DNA of 64,000 nt from a bacterium. GTDB lineage: Bacteria; RBG-13-61-14; DATKZS01. The notes beneath the pieces were generated by a model. The model searched no databases, was not told the origin of the DNA, and worked only from the letters and a program-made list of their open reading frames with translations. Positions 20,214 to 28,521 of this stretch are shown here, in pieces. Location: contig CAXXFL010000006.1 of NCBI GenBank assembly GCA_963674965.2, positions 288,001 to 352,000 of the forward strand, given 5' to 3'. Positions within the stretch are counted from its first letter, which is position 1; the number at the start of each line of letters is the position of its first letter. A program made the translations under genes and the position numbers.

Positions 20214-21082
20214 AACAGAAAAATCAGGTAGAAGATCTGACAGCCTTCGGCAAAGACGATAAATGCATTGAACATTTCGACGTGGAAATATCAAGTTCAG
20301 GCGCTAAAGAAATAATCAGTCTCCCCATAGTCACCGAGTCCCTCGTCGTACTGTCAATTAACGGGCAGGAATTGGTGACCATCCTTTGCACTCCGGCAAA
20401 TATAGAGGAGTTGATCGCTGGTTTTCTCTGGAATGAAGGGGTCGTGAAAAGCCCGGATGAAATTCAGTCAATCGATGTGTCCGCCGATGGGCAAGTTTCC
20501 GTTTCGATCCCCACGGCCAGGATTGATGTAGATTTCAAAAACTACAAGCCCTCCTTTACTTCTGGCTGTGGCAGGGGGACGGTCCTTCACGATTCAACCG
20601 ATCATAAGAGGCTTAAGCCCAGAGAATTCGACGTTACGATTACAGAAGAGATCATCTATCAGCGGATGATGCAATTACTCCAGGAGGCCCGTTTGTATAA
20701 CGCCGCTGGTTCAATCCATTGCACCGGCCTGGCGGATATGAAGAAGCTACTCTTCGCCTTCGAAGACATCGGAAGACATAACGCCGCTGATAAAGTGATC
20801 GGGAAAATTTTTCTGGATCGTTTGGATGCGAGCAATATGTTGATGCTCACTACCGGCCGCATGTCATCCGAGATCGTAGGTAAGGCCGCCCGTGCGGGAA
20901 TACCCATACTGGTGTCTCTTTCCGGCCCGACGAATCTCGCGGTGGAGGCCGCATGTTACTACAACATGACAATGATCGGATACGTCAGAAAGACCGTTTT
21001 CCGCGTTTATGCACACGCTGAGCGGATTTTGTGATTATGAATGAGATTAATAGCATTCAATCAATTTAAAGGAAAATGAACC

Positions 21083-21517
21083 ATGGGACATCAAGACGCT
21101 CCAAATTTTTCGCGAAAACATCCGAGTGATGAAAAGCCTGACCAGGCCATCGCAGACGCTGTGAAAAAATCAGCCAACAAGGACGGCATCTCCTGCGCTT
21201 CCGCCTTCAAGATAGTGGCAAACCTTGATGTCAGCGCTGCTGAAGTCGGGAAAACAATCGACCTCCTCGACCTCAAGCTGATGAAATGCCAACTGGGCCT
21301 CTTCGGGTACGCTCCTGAAAGGTCAATCCTAAAACCTGTTGAATCAGTCCCCGCCGACCTCGAAAGCGCGATCAAGAACGCCATGAAGGATGGACGACTC
21401 TCATGCCTCAGCGCCTGGGAGATTGCTAAGACTATGGATCTAAAAAAGCTGGACGTGGCCTTCGCCGCCGAATCAATGGGTATCAAAATCAAACCCTGCC
21501 AACTCGGTGCTTTTTAA
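21083..21517 (+). CDS. Hypothetical protein with two internal repeats (SCxxAxxI...CQLGxF)
   Basis: ISCASAFKI...KCQLGLF and LSCLSAWEI...PCQLGAF; RBS AAGGA. Confidence 0.75.
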   Translation: MGHQDAPNFSRKHPSDEKPDQAIADAVKKSANKDGISCASAFKIVANLDVSAAEVGKTIDLLDLKLMKCQLGLFGYAPERSILKPVESVPADLESAIKNAMKDGRLSCLSAWEIAKTMDLKKLDVAFAAESMGIKIKPCQLGAF

Positions 21518-21532
21518 TTTCCCAGTTTGTCT

Positions 21533-22042
21533 GGAAGGCCCCACAACGGTTGGGATGTGGTACCTTCCTGTCATTCTTCCTTTGAGATCTGAATAGACAC
21601 AACAGGAAATGAAGAATCAGACAGGGTCTCGCAAAGGACGTACGATCTTTTCGAGTACCTATCAACCCTCAATCAACAAAAATCTCTTGACACAAATTTC
21701 AAGTCTGTGAATAAGCGCGCCGCCTACTTCGCTCCATGCCATCTCAAGGCCCAGGGTGAAAACTTGATATACCTACGTCTCGAACTGCTCCGTCTTATTC
21801 CTGAAATGAATGTTGAGTCGGTAGGAAGTAGCTGTTGTGGCATGGGGGGAACCTTCGGCGCAAAGAGCAAGAACTACGAAGCATCAATGGAGATCGGCAG
21901 GCCGTTGTTCGAGGAAATCAACAAGGCAAATCCGGACATCGTGACGACGGATTGCCTTGGATGCAAACTCCAGATTCAGCATGGCGCATCCATAAAAGTC
22001 ATTCATCCGATCCTTCTTTTACGGGATGCCTACCGTTTGTAG
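21533..22042 (+). pseudogene. Second GlpC-like CCG-domain remnant
   Basis: Frame WDVVPSCHSSFEI*...YDLFEYL...YFAPCHLKAQG...CCGMGGTFG...TDCLGCKLQI; internal stop and no 5' part. Confidence 0.7.
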
Positions 22043-22266
22043 CCTATGTCATGAAGGCCCACAACGGTTTGGGATTTGGTGCTTTCCTATCATGCATCCT
22101 TTGAGTTCAGAATGGACACAAAAACTCTGTCAGTTTTTGCAAAATACTCAATGATGGAAAATTTTAAACCAATGATTCCATATGGTTGGCAGAAGACAAA
22201 ATTTAAGGCTGTGGGATCATACCCGCAGCCCAATTTGCGATAAGTGCTTGAATTAACTCAATAAAA

Positions 22267-22289
22267 TGGAGGCGGCGGGAATCGAACCC
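22267..22289 (-). other. 3'-end fragment of tmRNA (ssrA)-like gene; probable att site at an island border
   Basis: Minus strand GGGTTCGATTCCCGCCGCCTCCA = T-loop, T-stem, acceptor 3' strand CGCCTCC and discriminator A; U70 fits the G3:U70 Ala/tmRNA identity element. No 5' part nearby. Confidence 0.7.
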
Positions 22290-22583
22290 TCTGAAAACAA
22301 AGGGAAATTCCGGACAAAAGGCCTCCACTCCACCTTCAAAAAACGACAAAACACCTTCAGAATCAGACCCCTCTAAAAATGGTGAGGGCACCTCTGAAGA
22401 CACTTTCCTGGCACAGCATAAACACAATCCCCAAGGTTCATTACAGGAAATCTGTGCCCTATGTGTGCCCCAGCCCTCAGACCAGCTTCAGCCAGAACTG
22501 AAGATTGTCATTGAGTCCTGGGCCGATCTCTCAGAAGAGATTAAGAACAAAATCATTCAGCTAATTTTTCAGGAGGAAAAAAA

Positions 22584-22886
22584 ATGAAAATCAAAAACGT
22601 AACACCAAAAGCCCATCTTTGTCCCTATGGCGCATGCCCCGCTATCTATGAAACTGACCGAAACTCATTCTTGGTTGTGGGTAAAAAGGTTACTTTCTCG
22701 GCTAATGTTCTTCAGGGCAAAGTAAGCCCTGATGAGACGGTTGTAGAAATCCCCATAGGCCTTCTTAACGATTTCAGCCAATCAAATGAAAGGGAACCGC
22801 AAAATGTAGGTGAAAAGTACACCGGGGGGACACAAAATCAACTTAATAAGGGGAAAATAATATGGCTGAACAAATCAACATCATAA
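22584..22886 (+). CDS. Small hypothetical protein (CPYGACPAIYETD motif)
   Basis: Strong RBS AGGAGG; overlaps the next gene. Confidence 0.65.
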   Translation: MKIKNVTPKAHLCPYGACPAIYETDRNSFLVVGKKVTFSANVLQGKVSPDETVVEIPIGLLNDFSQSNEREPQNVGEKYTGGTQNQLNKGKIIWLNKSTS

Positions 22887-24022
22887 CCCGTAATATGGTT
22901 GCGCTGCTTCTTTGGCTTGCGATCATGGCCATAAGCATCGTAATTCACAGTTGTGTCGTTTTTGCGAATTACATGGCTTCCGCGGCGGCTTTTGAACTAC
23001 TCGGATATGAGGATAAACCTCTCAGCGCGGATGCCCTCCTGGGAGCTTACATGGGTGCCTTTCTAGGGAAATCGACCCTGGCTCACCTTTATGCCCTATC
23101 TCTCTCCGTGACCCTAGCGTGGAGTTTCTTCATGGTTTTTCATCTCGGATTCAGAATCTTTGAGATGATTTTCGATCGACGCACCTATATCGAGCAGGGC
23201 GACGAAGCCAGCGCACGCTTGGCGAGCCGGCTCATTATCCGCGACTTGGCCCTAATCGTTGCTTTCGCAATTCCACTGGCTTTTGCGCTCTATTGGGACC
23301 TCGAATTGTTCAGATTCAGGTCGGTTTGCGGAGCATTGCAGATTACTGACCCGTCTGTAGCAACGTCCTCCATCAGCAATTGGAGCCTCCAATTCCGAGA
23401 ACGGTCACATTTGTTCACCTGGGTGATCGCAAAGATTGGAGGGTGGGGTTACCTTGCTGTAACCGCTTTGGTCTGTATTGCTCTTGAGTTTTCGTTCCAT
23501 AAAATTGGGGAGTCCTGGGCAAGACTGCTCTCCGGCTTTCAGGGAATTATCGAGCCAGGAGCAAGCGCCGACCGAGAATTGGAGTTGTACGGGTACGATG
23601 AAAACGGCCAGCCCGTTTACCATCCGGACGGAGATGTAGTCTATGGCGTAAACGGGAATCTCTTAAGACGGCCTTCTGAACAGTATCCCACCGAAACGGG
23701 CGTGGCCAGCGGGGATCAGTCACCCGAATTTCTGGCATCGCCAATGGAAAGACCCGAGGTTCAACCTGCCACAACCTGTTCCGGCAATGATCAACTTGAT
23801 GAAGGGGTCGAACCTTCAGGGCGTCGTTGTGGGCTTGATGACGATCAACGCCAAGAGGTTATCGCGTCGCCGACAGACGAGCGCCTGACTTTCGCCGAGG
23901 CCCAGGCGAACCGCGACCTTTACCACGTTGATATAGCCAACCGGCAGATATGGTGGCGGCAGTATTGGGTGCATATCCATGAACAAGCCTCTGAATCGTC
24001 GGATACCGCTCAGGCGGCTTGA
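22862..24022 (+). CDS. Multi-pass membrane protein with acidic, low-complexity C-terminal region
   Basis: About four hydrophobic segments in the first ~215 aa; RBS AAGGGG. Confidence 0.8.
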   Translation: MAEQINIITRNMVALLLWLAIMAISIVIHSCVVFANYMASAAAFELLGYEDKPLSADALLGAYMGAFLGKSTLAHLYALSLSVTLAWSFFMVFHLGFRIFEMIFDRRTYIEQGDEASARLASRLIIRDLALIVAFAIPLAFALYWDLELFRFRSVCGALQITDPSVATSSISNWSLQFRERSHLFTWVIAKIGGWGYLAVTALVCIALEFSFHKIGESWARLLSGFQGIIEPGASADRELELYGYDENGQPVYHPDGDVVYGVNGNLLRRPSEQYPTETGVASGDQSPEFLASPMERPEVQPATTCSGNDQLDEGVEPSGRRCGLDDDQRQEVIASPTDERLTFAEAQANRDLYHVDIANRQIWWRQYWVHIHEQASESSDTAQAA

Positions 24023-24038
24023 GAGAGGAGAGATACTC

Positions 24039-25001
24039 ATGAAACACTCCAGAGCGGCATTTTGTATAATGCTCGTCTTCGCGGTTCTCGTGAGCCCTGT
24101 TGCCGTCGCAGAGATAATTCAGCCAAGGAATGAAATAGTCATCATCGTCGATGCCAGCGGCTCATTCAGTTCACGCCAAGCCGAGGCCGTTGAGCGCACT
24201 GTAGAGCTGCTCGACGGCATTGCCGGACAAGAACTGCGCCGATGGGAGGAAAATCGGGACCGGGTGGTTATCATCAGCCTCGACGCTCTCCCCGAAGTCG
24301 TCTGGTCTGGCAGTCTTCGGGACCTCAAGGCGGCGGAGACCACCTCGTGGGCGGAAAGGTTTCGCGCACGCACCGATTATGCAAACTGTACAGACGTAGG
24401 AGCGGCCTTCCGGCTTGCCACGAACTATCTCGACGGAGACCCACGTGAAGTCAGCCGTTACCTGTTTGCTTTCAGTGACATGATCAACGAGCCGCCCACC
24501 ACCTCAATTCGGCAATGCCGTCCTGCCCAGATACCCTCGCCTCCACCAGAAGATTTCCCTTGGGATGTTTTGCGGGGAGTTGCAGTCAATATTTTCTGGG
24601 TACCCGCTGATCAGAAATTGATTTGGACCAGGGTCGCTGAACAACATGGATTGAAAGGTGCATTTGCCATGTTCACGTCATCTGAGTCGGAGGTGGTCCC
24701 GATTATGGCTCCCGCCCCTGCCCAGCTTGCCACGGAAATAATTGAAGAGCATCGTCAGGAGACGACCCAACGAGCAAAAACTTTTGGCAAAAGGATATTT
24801 ACATGGGCAGGATGGGGGGTAGGTTTTATCTTCTTGCTGCTTGCGCTCGCTATATTAGGAGCCTTTCTTTCTTCTCGAATTCGCTCAAATCGTAGAGAAG
24901 TGGCTGTCAGTCGAAGGGTTAATAGACCGGTACCGCCGCTGAATCGTGCGGGCCATCAAAGAGCTTCCTTTCCTTCTCCTGGCAAAGGTGGCCAGCGTTA
25001 G
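24039..25001 (+). CDS. Exported vWA-domain protein with C-terminal transmembrane anchor
   Basis: Signal peptide MKHSRAAFCIMLVFAVLVSPVAVA; MIDAS residues IIVDASGS, TD, FSDM; TM GWGVGFIFLLLALAILGAFL; RBS GAGGAG. Confidence 0.8.
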   Translation: MKHSRAAFCIMLVFAVLVSPVAVAEIIQPRNEIVIIVDASGSFSSRQAEAVERTVELLDGIAGQELRRWEENRDRVVIISLDALPEVVWSGSLRDLKAAETTSWAERFRARTDYANCTDVGAAFRLATNYLDGDPREVSRYLFAFSDMINEPPTTSIRQCRPAQIPSPPPEDFPWDVLRGVAVNIFWVPADQKLIWTRVAEQHGLKGAFAMFTSSESEVVPIMAPAPAQLATEIIEEHRQETTQRAKTFGKRIFTWAGWGVGFIFLLLALAILGAFLSSRIRSNRREVAVSRRVNRPVPPLNRAGHQRASFPSPGKGGQR

Positions 25002-25030
25002 GACGCATAGTTTGAAAAGGAGTAAGAGTT

Positions 25031-26590
25031 ATGATCGGAAACGGCGCATGTGGTCACGGAGCCTTTCCTTGTGACCTTGGACGGGTGATTCTGGCAAGTA
25101 GTAAAGCGCGTGACACTCGCTCCGTGCTGGTACTCACACACGACCGGGGACACGCAATGGGAACCATCAAGCATGTCGTAATGGATGTCGAGCAACCTCT
25201 CTATCATTTCACCGTCTCTGGCCGGAGAAGGTGGAGCAACGAAAAAATCCAGTGGGAGAACATAGGCAACGGTAATTCCAATGCTCACAACCTGCTCCAG
25301 GCGGCTTATGAATTGCGGAGCGGAGGCATAGTGGTTATGGAGGACGTGATGCCGTTCCTGCGCGATGAAAATGGTGATCTCCTGGCCAGGGACATGATGC
25401 GGACCATGCTTTCGTCCGAGCCCCGACAACACGGCCTTGTGCTTGTTTTTCTTGAGCCGCCGGAGTCAGAGGGTAGCTTGCCTTCGATCCTTGCAGACCG
25501 CTTCGTAAGGCTCAACGTGCCCCATCCCCGGACAAACGAACTCGAAATCATAGCCCGCGAGGAAATTGCCAAGGCAAATCTGGGGTCTGGAAATCGTGTT
25601 GATGGGGACACCATCCGTGAAGCGGCCCGAAGAATGGGAATTGAACTCGTAGGATTGACTCAGAGCGCAGCCCGAGACGCTGTCCACGACGCTCTTGCAC
25701 CGGATCCGATGGATTTCGATTCAGCTTACCAAGTACTTCGGAAAAGAAAATCCAAGCTATTTCAGCGCGAACTGTCGATGCGTGTATTAGATGACGATGA
25801 GGAGACGCCTATTGGCATACCCTATTTAATGAATTACATAAAACTGCAGGCTCCGCGCATGCGCTTGTCGGGGACCAACCGCGCTCGGGGCATCCTTCTA
25901 GTCGGACCTCCCGGCACCGGCAAGACGATGTATTCGAAGGCCATCGGAAGACAGGTTGGATTGCCCGTCGTTGAGTTCCGAATCAGCTCGCTGATGAATT
26001 CCCTTCTTGGCGAGACCGAACGGCGGTTTGCCAAGGCGTTTGCGACACTGGAGGCAATGGCCCCCAACATAACTTTCATAGACGAAATCGAAAAGGCTTT
26101 TGGTGAAGGAGGCGAAAACGACGGCGGCACGATGATGCGATGCACGGGGAGTCTCTTGACCTGGCTTTCCGACAACCCCAGCCCCAACTATATCGTTGCG
26201 ACCTGCAACTCCCTCAAGAGGATGGGAGAGATTGGGAAAACCATGACAAGGAGTGAACGCTTTGATGACGCTTTTTTCGTGGATGTCCCCAACATTGATG
26301 CAAGGCGAGAGATGCTCGAACGATGGCTTAAAACGCATGTGCCTGATCCAGCATCCTGCGCACAAGATATCGCATTGATCACGGAGAAGTTTTCCGGGGC
26401 AGACCTGCGAAGCCTGGTGAAACACGCCGTCGCCCAGGCCGAGCACGAAGGTAGAGACGTTACCCTGGATTTGCTCAAGGTTGAGGCAGAGCGAAGGCGG
26501 ATGCGGGCGATTGCTCTTTACGATGAATTTATGGAACTACGCAGGTGGGGCCGGATGTACTGCGAGCTGGCTGGCCCCGTTGACAATTAA
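25031..26590 (+). CDS. AAA+ ATPase, Ycf46-like
   Basis: Degenerate N-terminal AAA-like region; GPPGTGKT, FIDEIEKAF, LLTWL, ATCN, RSERFD, FSGADL, LRRWG pattern typical of Ycf46. Confidence 0.85.
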   Translation: MIGNGACGHGAFPCDLGRVILASSKARDTRSVLVLTHDRGHAMGTIKHVVMDVEQPLYHFTVSGRRRWSNEKIQWENIGNGNSNAHNLLQAAYELRSGGIVVMEDVMPFLRDENGDLLARDMMRTMLSSEPRQHGLVLVFLEPPESEGSLPSILADRFVRLNVPHPRTNELEIIAREEIAKANLGSGNRVDGDTIREAARRMGIELVGLTQSAARDAVHDALAPDPMDFDSAYQVLRKRKSKLFQRELSMRVLDDDEETPIGIPYLMNYIKLQAPRMRLSGTNRARGILLVGPPGTGKTMYSKAIGRQVGLPVVEFRISSLMNSLLGETERRFAKAFATLEAMAPNITFIDEIEKAFGEGGENDGGTMMRCTGSLLTWLSDNPSPNYIVATCNSLKRMGEIGKTMTRSERFDDAFFVDVPNIDARREMLERWLKTHVPDPASCAQDIALITEKFSGADLRSLVKHAVAQAEHEGRDVTLDLLKVEAERRRMRAIALYDEFMELRRWGRMYCELAGPVDN

Positions 26591-26628
26591 GGTGAACGAA
26601 AAACCAACCAGATCAGGAGGAATAGCCA

Positions 26629-27408
26629 ATGAGTAATACAAGTGTCGTCACGCCCTATGCTCCGCCGCCATCTCCACCGCCGCCCGAATTGGCAGAGGCC
26701 ATCCAGAAGGGGCTATCGGCGATGGCAAAATGGCTGACGGATATTTCAGAAGAAGAACAAATCGCCTTGGATAATTTAAAGGATGTAAAAAGAAAGGAAC
26801 GTCTCGCTCGAAGCACTGCGAACTGCCTGGACGCACCCAGGGCATCATGTGCTTCTGAGATTTCCTCCGTTTCACTGCACCTGAAAAACGTATCCAGCCT
26901 CATGGAGTCGGCCCAAAAACTTGGATACCAGAAAGTCCTCTCGTCTCATTCGGACCCAATTTCAGGGGAAAATACTGTTCTCTTGCAAAATGGTGACAGC
27001 CAACGACTTGCTATCCAAGTTGGACTGAACGGTCAACTTACCCTGTATGTCTCTGGGAACCAGCAAAGATTGAAGAGCCTGGTCCGGCAACATACCCTGG
27101 ACCGGACCTTGGCGCATCTTACTGCCAAGGGGATGCAGGTGGAGACCCGATCCAGCAGAGGAGGAGAGGTGGAATTAGTTGCCACTGAGCCTCATGATGT
27201 TCATGGAGATGGTAGGGCTGAGGTCAGGGCGAAGATAAACGACGAAGGCCAGATTCAGTTGGATGTCGGCAATATAGAGGGGCCTCGTTGTCAGCAGATC
27301 ACCGAAAGCCTTGCAGAAGCGGTCAATGGAGAAATTTCCCGAGACAAGAAGAAGGACGTCTATTGGCGACTGCCAGGCAATTCAAACCGAGTGAAGCAGA
27401 GAATTTGA
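26629..27408 (+). CDS. Hypothetical protein, possible DUF1257 (Ycf35)-like region with C-terminal DUF2997-like domain
   Basis: C-terminus INDEGQIQLDVGNIEGPRCQQITESLAEAV resembles DUF2997; follows the Ycf46-like ATPase; RBS AGGAGG. Confidence 0.6.
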   Translation: MSNTSVVTPYAPPPSPPPPELAEAIQKGLSAMAKWLTDISEEEQIALDNLKDVKRKERLARSTANCLDAPRASCASEISSVSLHLKNVSSLMESAQKLGYQKVLSSHSDPISGENTVLLQNGDSQRLAIQVGLNGQLTLYVSGNQQRLKSLVRQHTLDRTLAHLTAKGMQVETRSSRGGEVELVATEPHDVHGDGRAEVRAKINDEGQIQLDVGNIEGPRCQQITESLAEAVNGEISRDKKKDVYWRLPGNSNRVKQRI

Positions 27409-27411
27409 ACC

Positions 27412-28521
27412 ATGTCCAAAAGGTCGGAGCGAATTCGAGTTTTGGACGATGGCAGGTTGGAAATTATTGACCCGACCTTCAGCGATGTCCCTCTCCTGCG
27501 AGAAATCAATCCCGATTTCAAAATCGAAACCGCGCCACTCTTGAATTTTTCGTTCCCCCGTTTTCAGCGTTCTCGACAGCTGGGGTGTGGATTCTCTCAG
27601 GAGGAGCTTCGGTGTAAGGGTGATGATTGGCTTTGGGCCTTGCATGATCAGATTTGTTGTGACGGCCCCACTGGTCTGCGCAAGAATGGCGAGGTATCCC
27701 TGCTTGACCTCAAAATAGAACTGGCCCGACGCCAGTTGATGAACTGCAACCTATGCGCTCACCGCTGCGGGGTTAACCGCCTTAAGGGCAAAACAGGGGT
27801 CTGTGGCCTTGGCCCTGAAGCCCATGTTGGAGATTGTTTCCCTCACATTGGGGAAGAAGCACCCATCAACCCATCTTATCTTATCAGCCTTTACGGATGC
27901 GGGTTGAGGTGCCAGCATTGCCAGCAATCACAACTGCTCGATATATCATCGTTGATTGGAGACCCATTGATGTCTATTTCATGGGAGGATGTCATGGGTT
28001 GCCCGGTCAGGTCAATATCATTCGCCGGTGGCAATCCGGATGAAAACCTATATGGCATCCTGCAATTTATGAATTCCGCTCCCGAATCCTTCATGCTCCC
28101 GATCGTTTGGAATTGCCATGGTTACTCCACTTCAAATACTATCAAACTGCTTGACGGGGTTGTAGATGTTTATGTCCCTGACTTCAAATATTGGAAAAAT
28201 GACTGCGCTCAAAAGCTGTCCTCTGCTCCATGCTATGGAAAAATCGCATTGTCCACCATAAAGCAAATGTTGACCCAAAGTGTGCCCGTCATTGTGAGGA
28301 TACTTGTGCTTCCGGGGCATGCTGATTGCTGTCATCTTCCAACAATTGATGCCTTACGAAAAATCATGGATGATAATTTGTTGATTTCGATACGTAATCA
28401 ATACTCTCCTGGTTCTCTTGGTCTTTGGGTGGGTTCAAATAATTCTTTGCTCGCAGCAAGGCCCATGGAAAAAGATATTAAGGCCGTGAAAGACAGTTTG
28501 CTCGATTTAAATTATATTTAG
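27412..28521 (+). CDS. Radical SAM protein, PflX-like
   Basis: CNLCAHRCGVNR..GVCG, CGLRCQHC (CxxxCxxC), GGNP, DVYVPDFKY, IVRILVLPGHADCC. Confidence 0.85.
   Translation: MSKRSERIRVLDDGRLEIIDPTFSDVPLLREINPDFKIETAPLLNFSFPRFQRSRQLGCGFSQEELRCKGDDWLWALHDQICCDGPTGLRKNGEVSLLDLKIELARRQLMNCNLCAHRCGVNRLKGKTGVCGLGPEAHVGDCFPHIGEEAPINPSYLISLYGCGLRCQHCQQSQLLDISSLIGDPLMSISWEDVMGCPVRSISFAGGNPDENLYGILQFMNSAPESFMLPIVWNCHGYSTSNTIKLLDGVVDVYVPDFKYWKNDCAQKLSSAPCYGKIALSTIKQMLTQSVPVIVRILVLPGHADCCHLPTIDALRKIMDDNLLISIRNQYSPGSLGLWVGSNNSLLAARPMEKDIKAVKDSLLDLNYI

Larger units (their letters stand above)
18847..21034 (+). pseudogene. fdhD: Formate dehydrogenase accessory sulfurtransferase FdhD, interrupted after codon 6 by ISL3
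   Basis: Removing the IS and one DR gives MKDKQK|NQVEDL... (276 aa) with TSGCG, EDIGRHNAADKVIG, TTGRMSSEIVGK. Confidence 0.88.
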
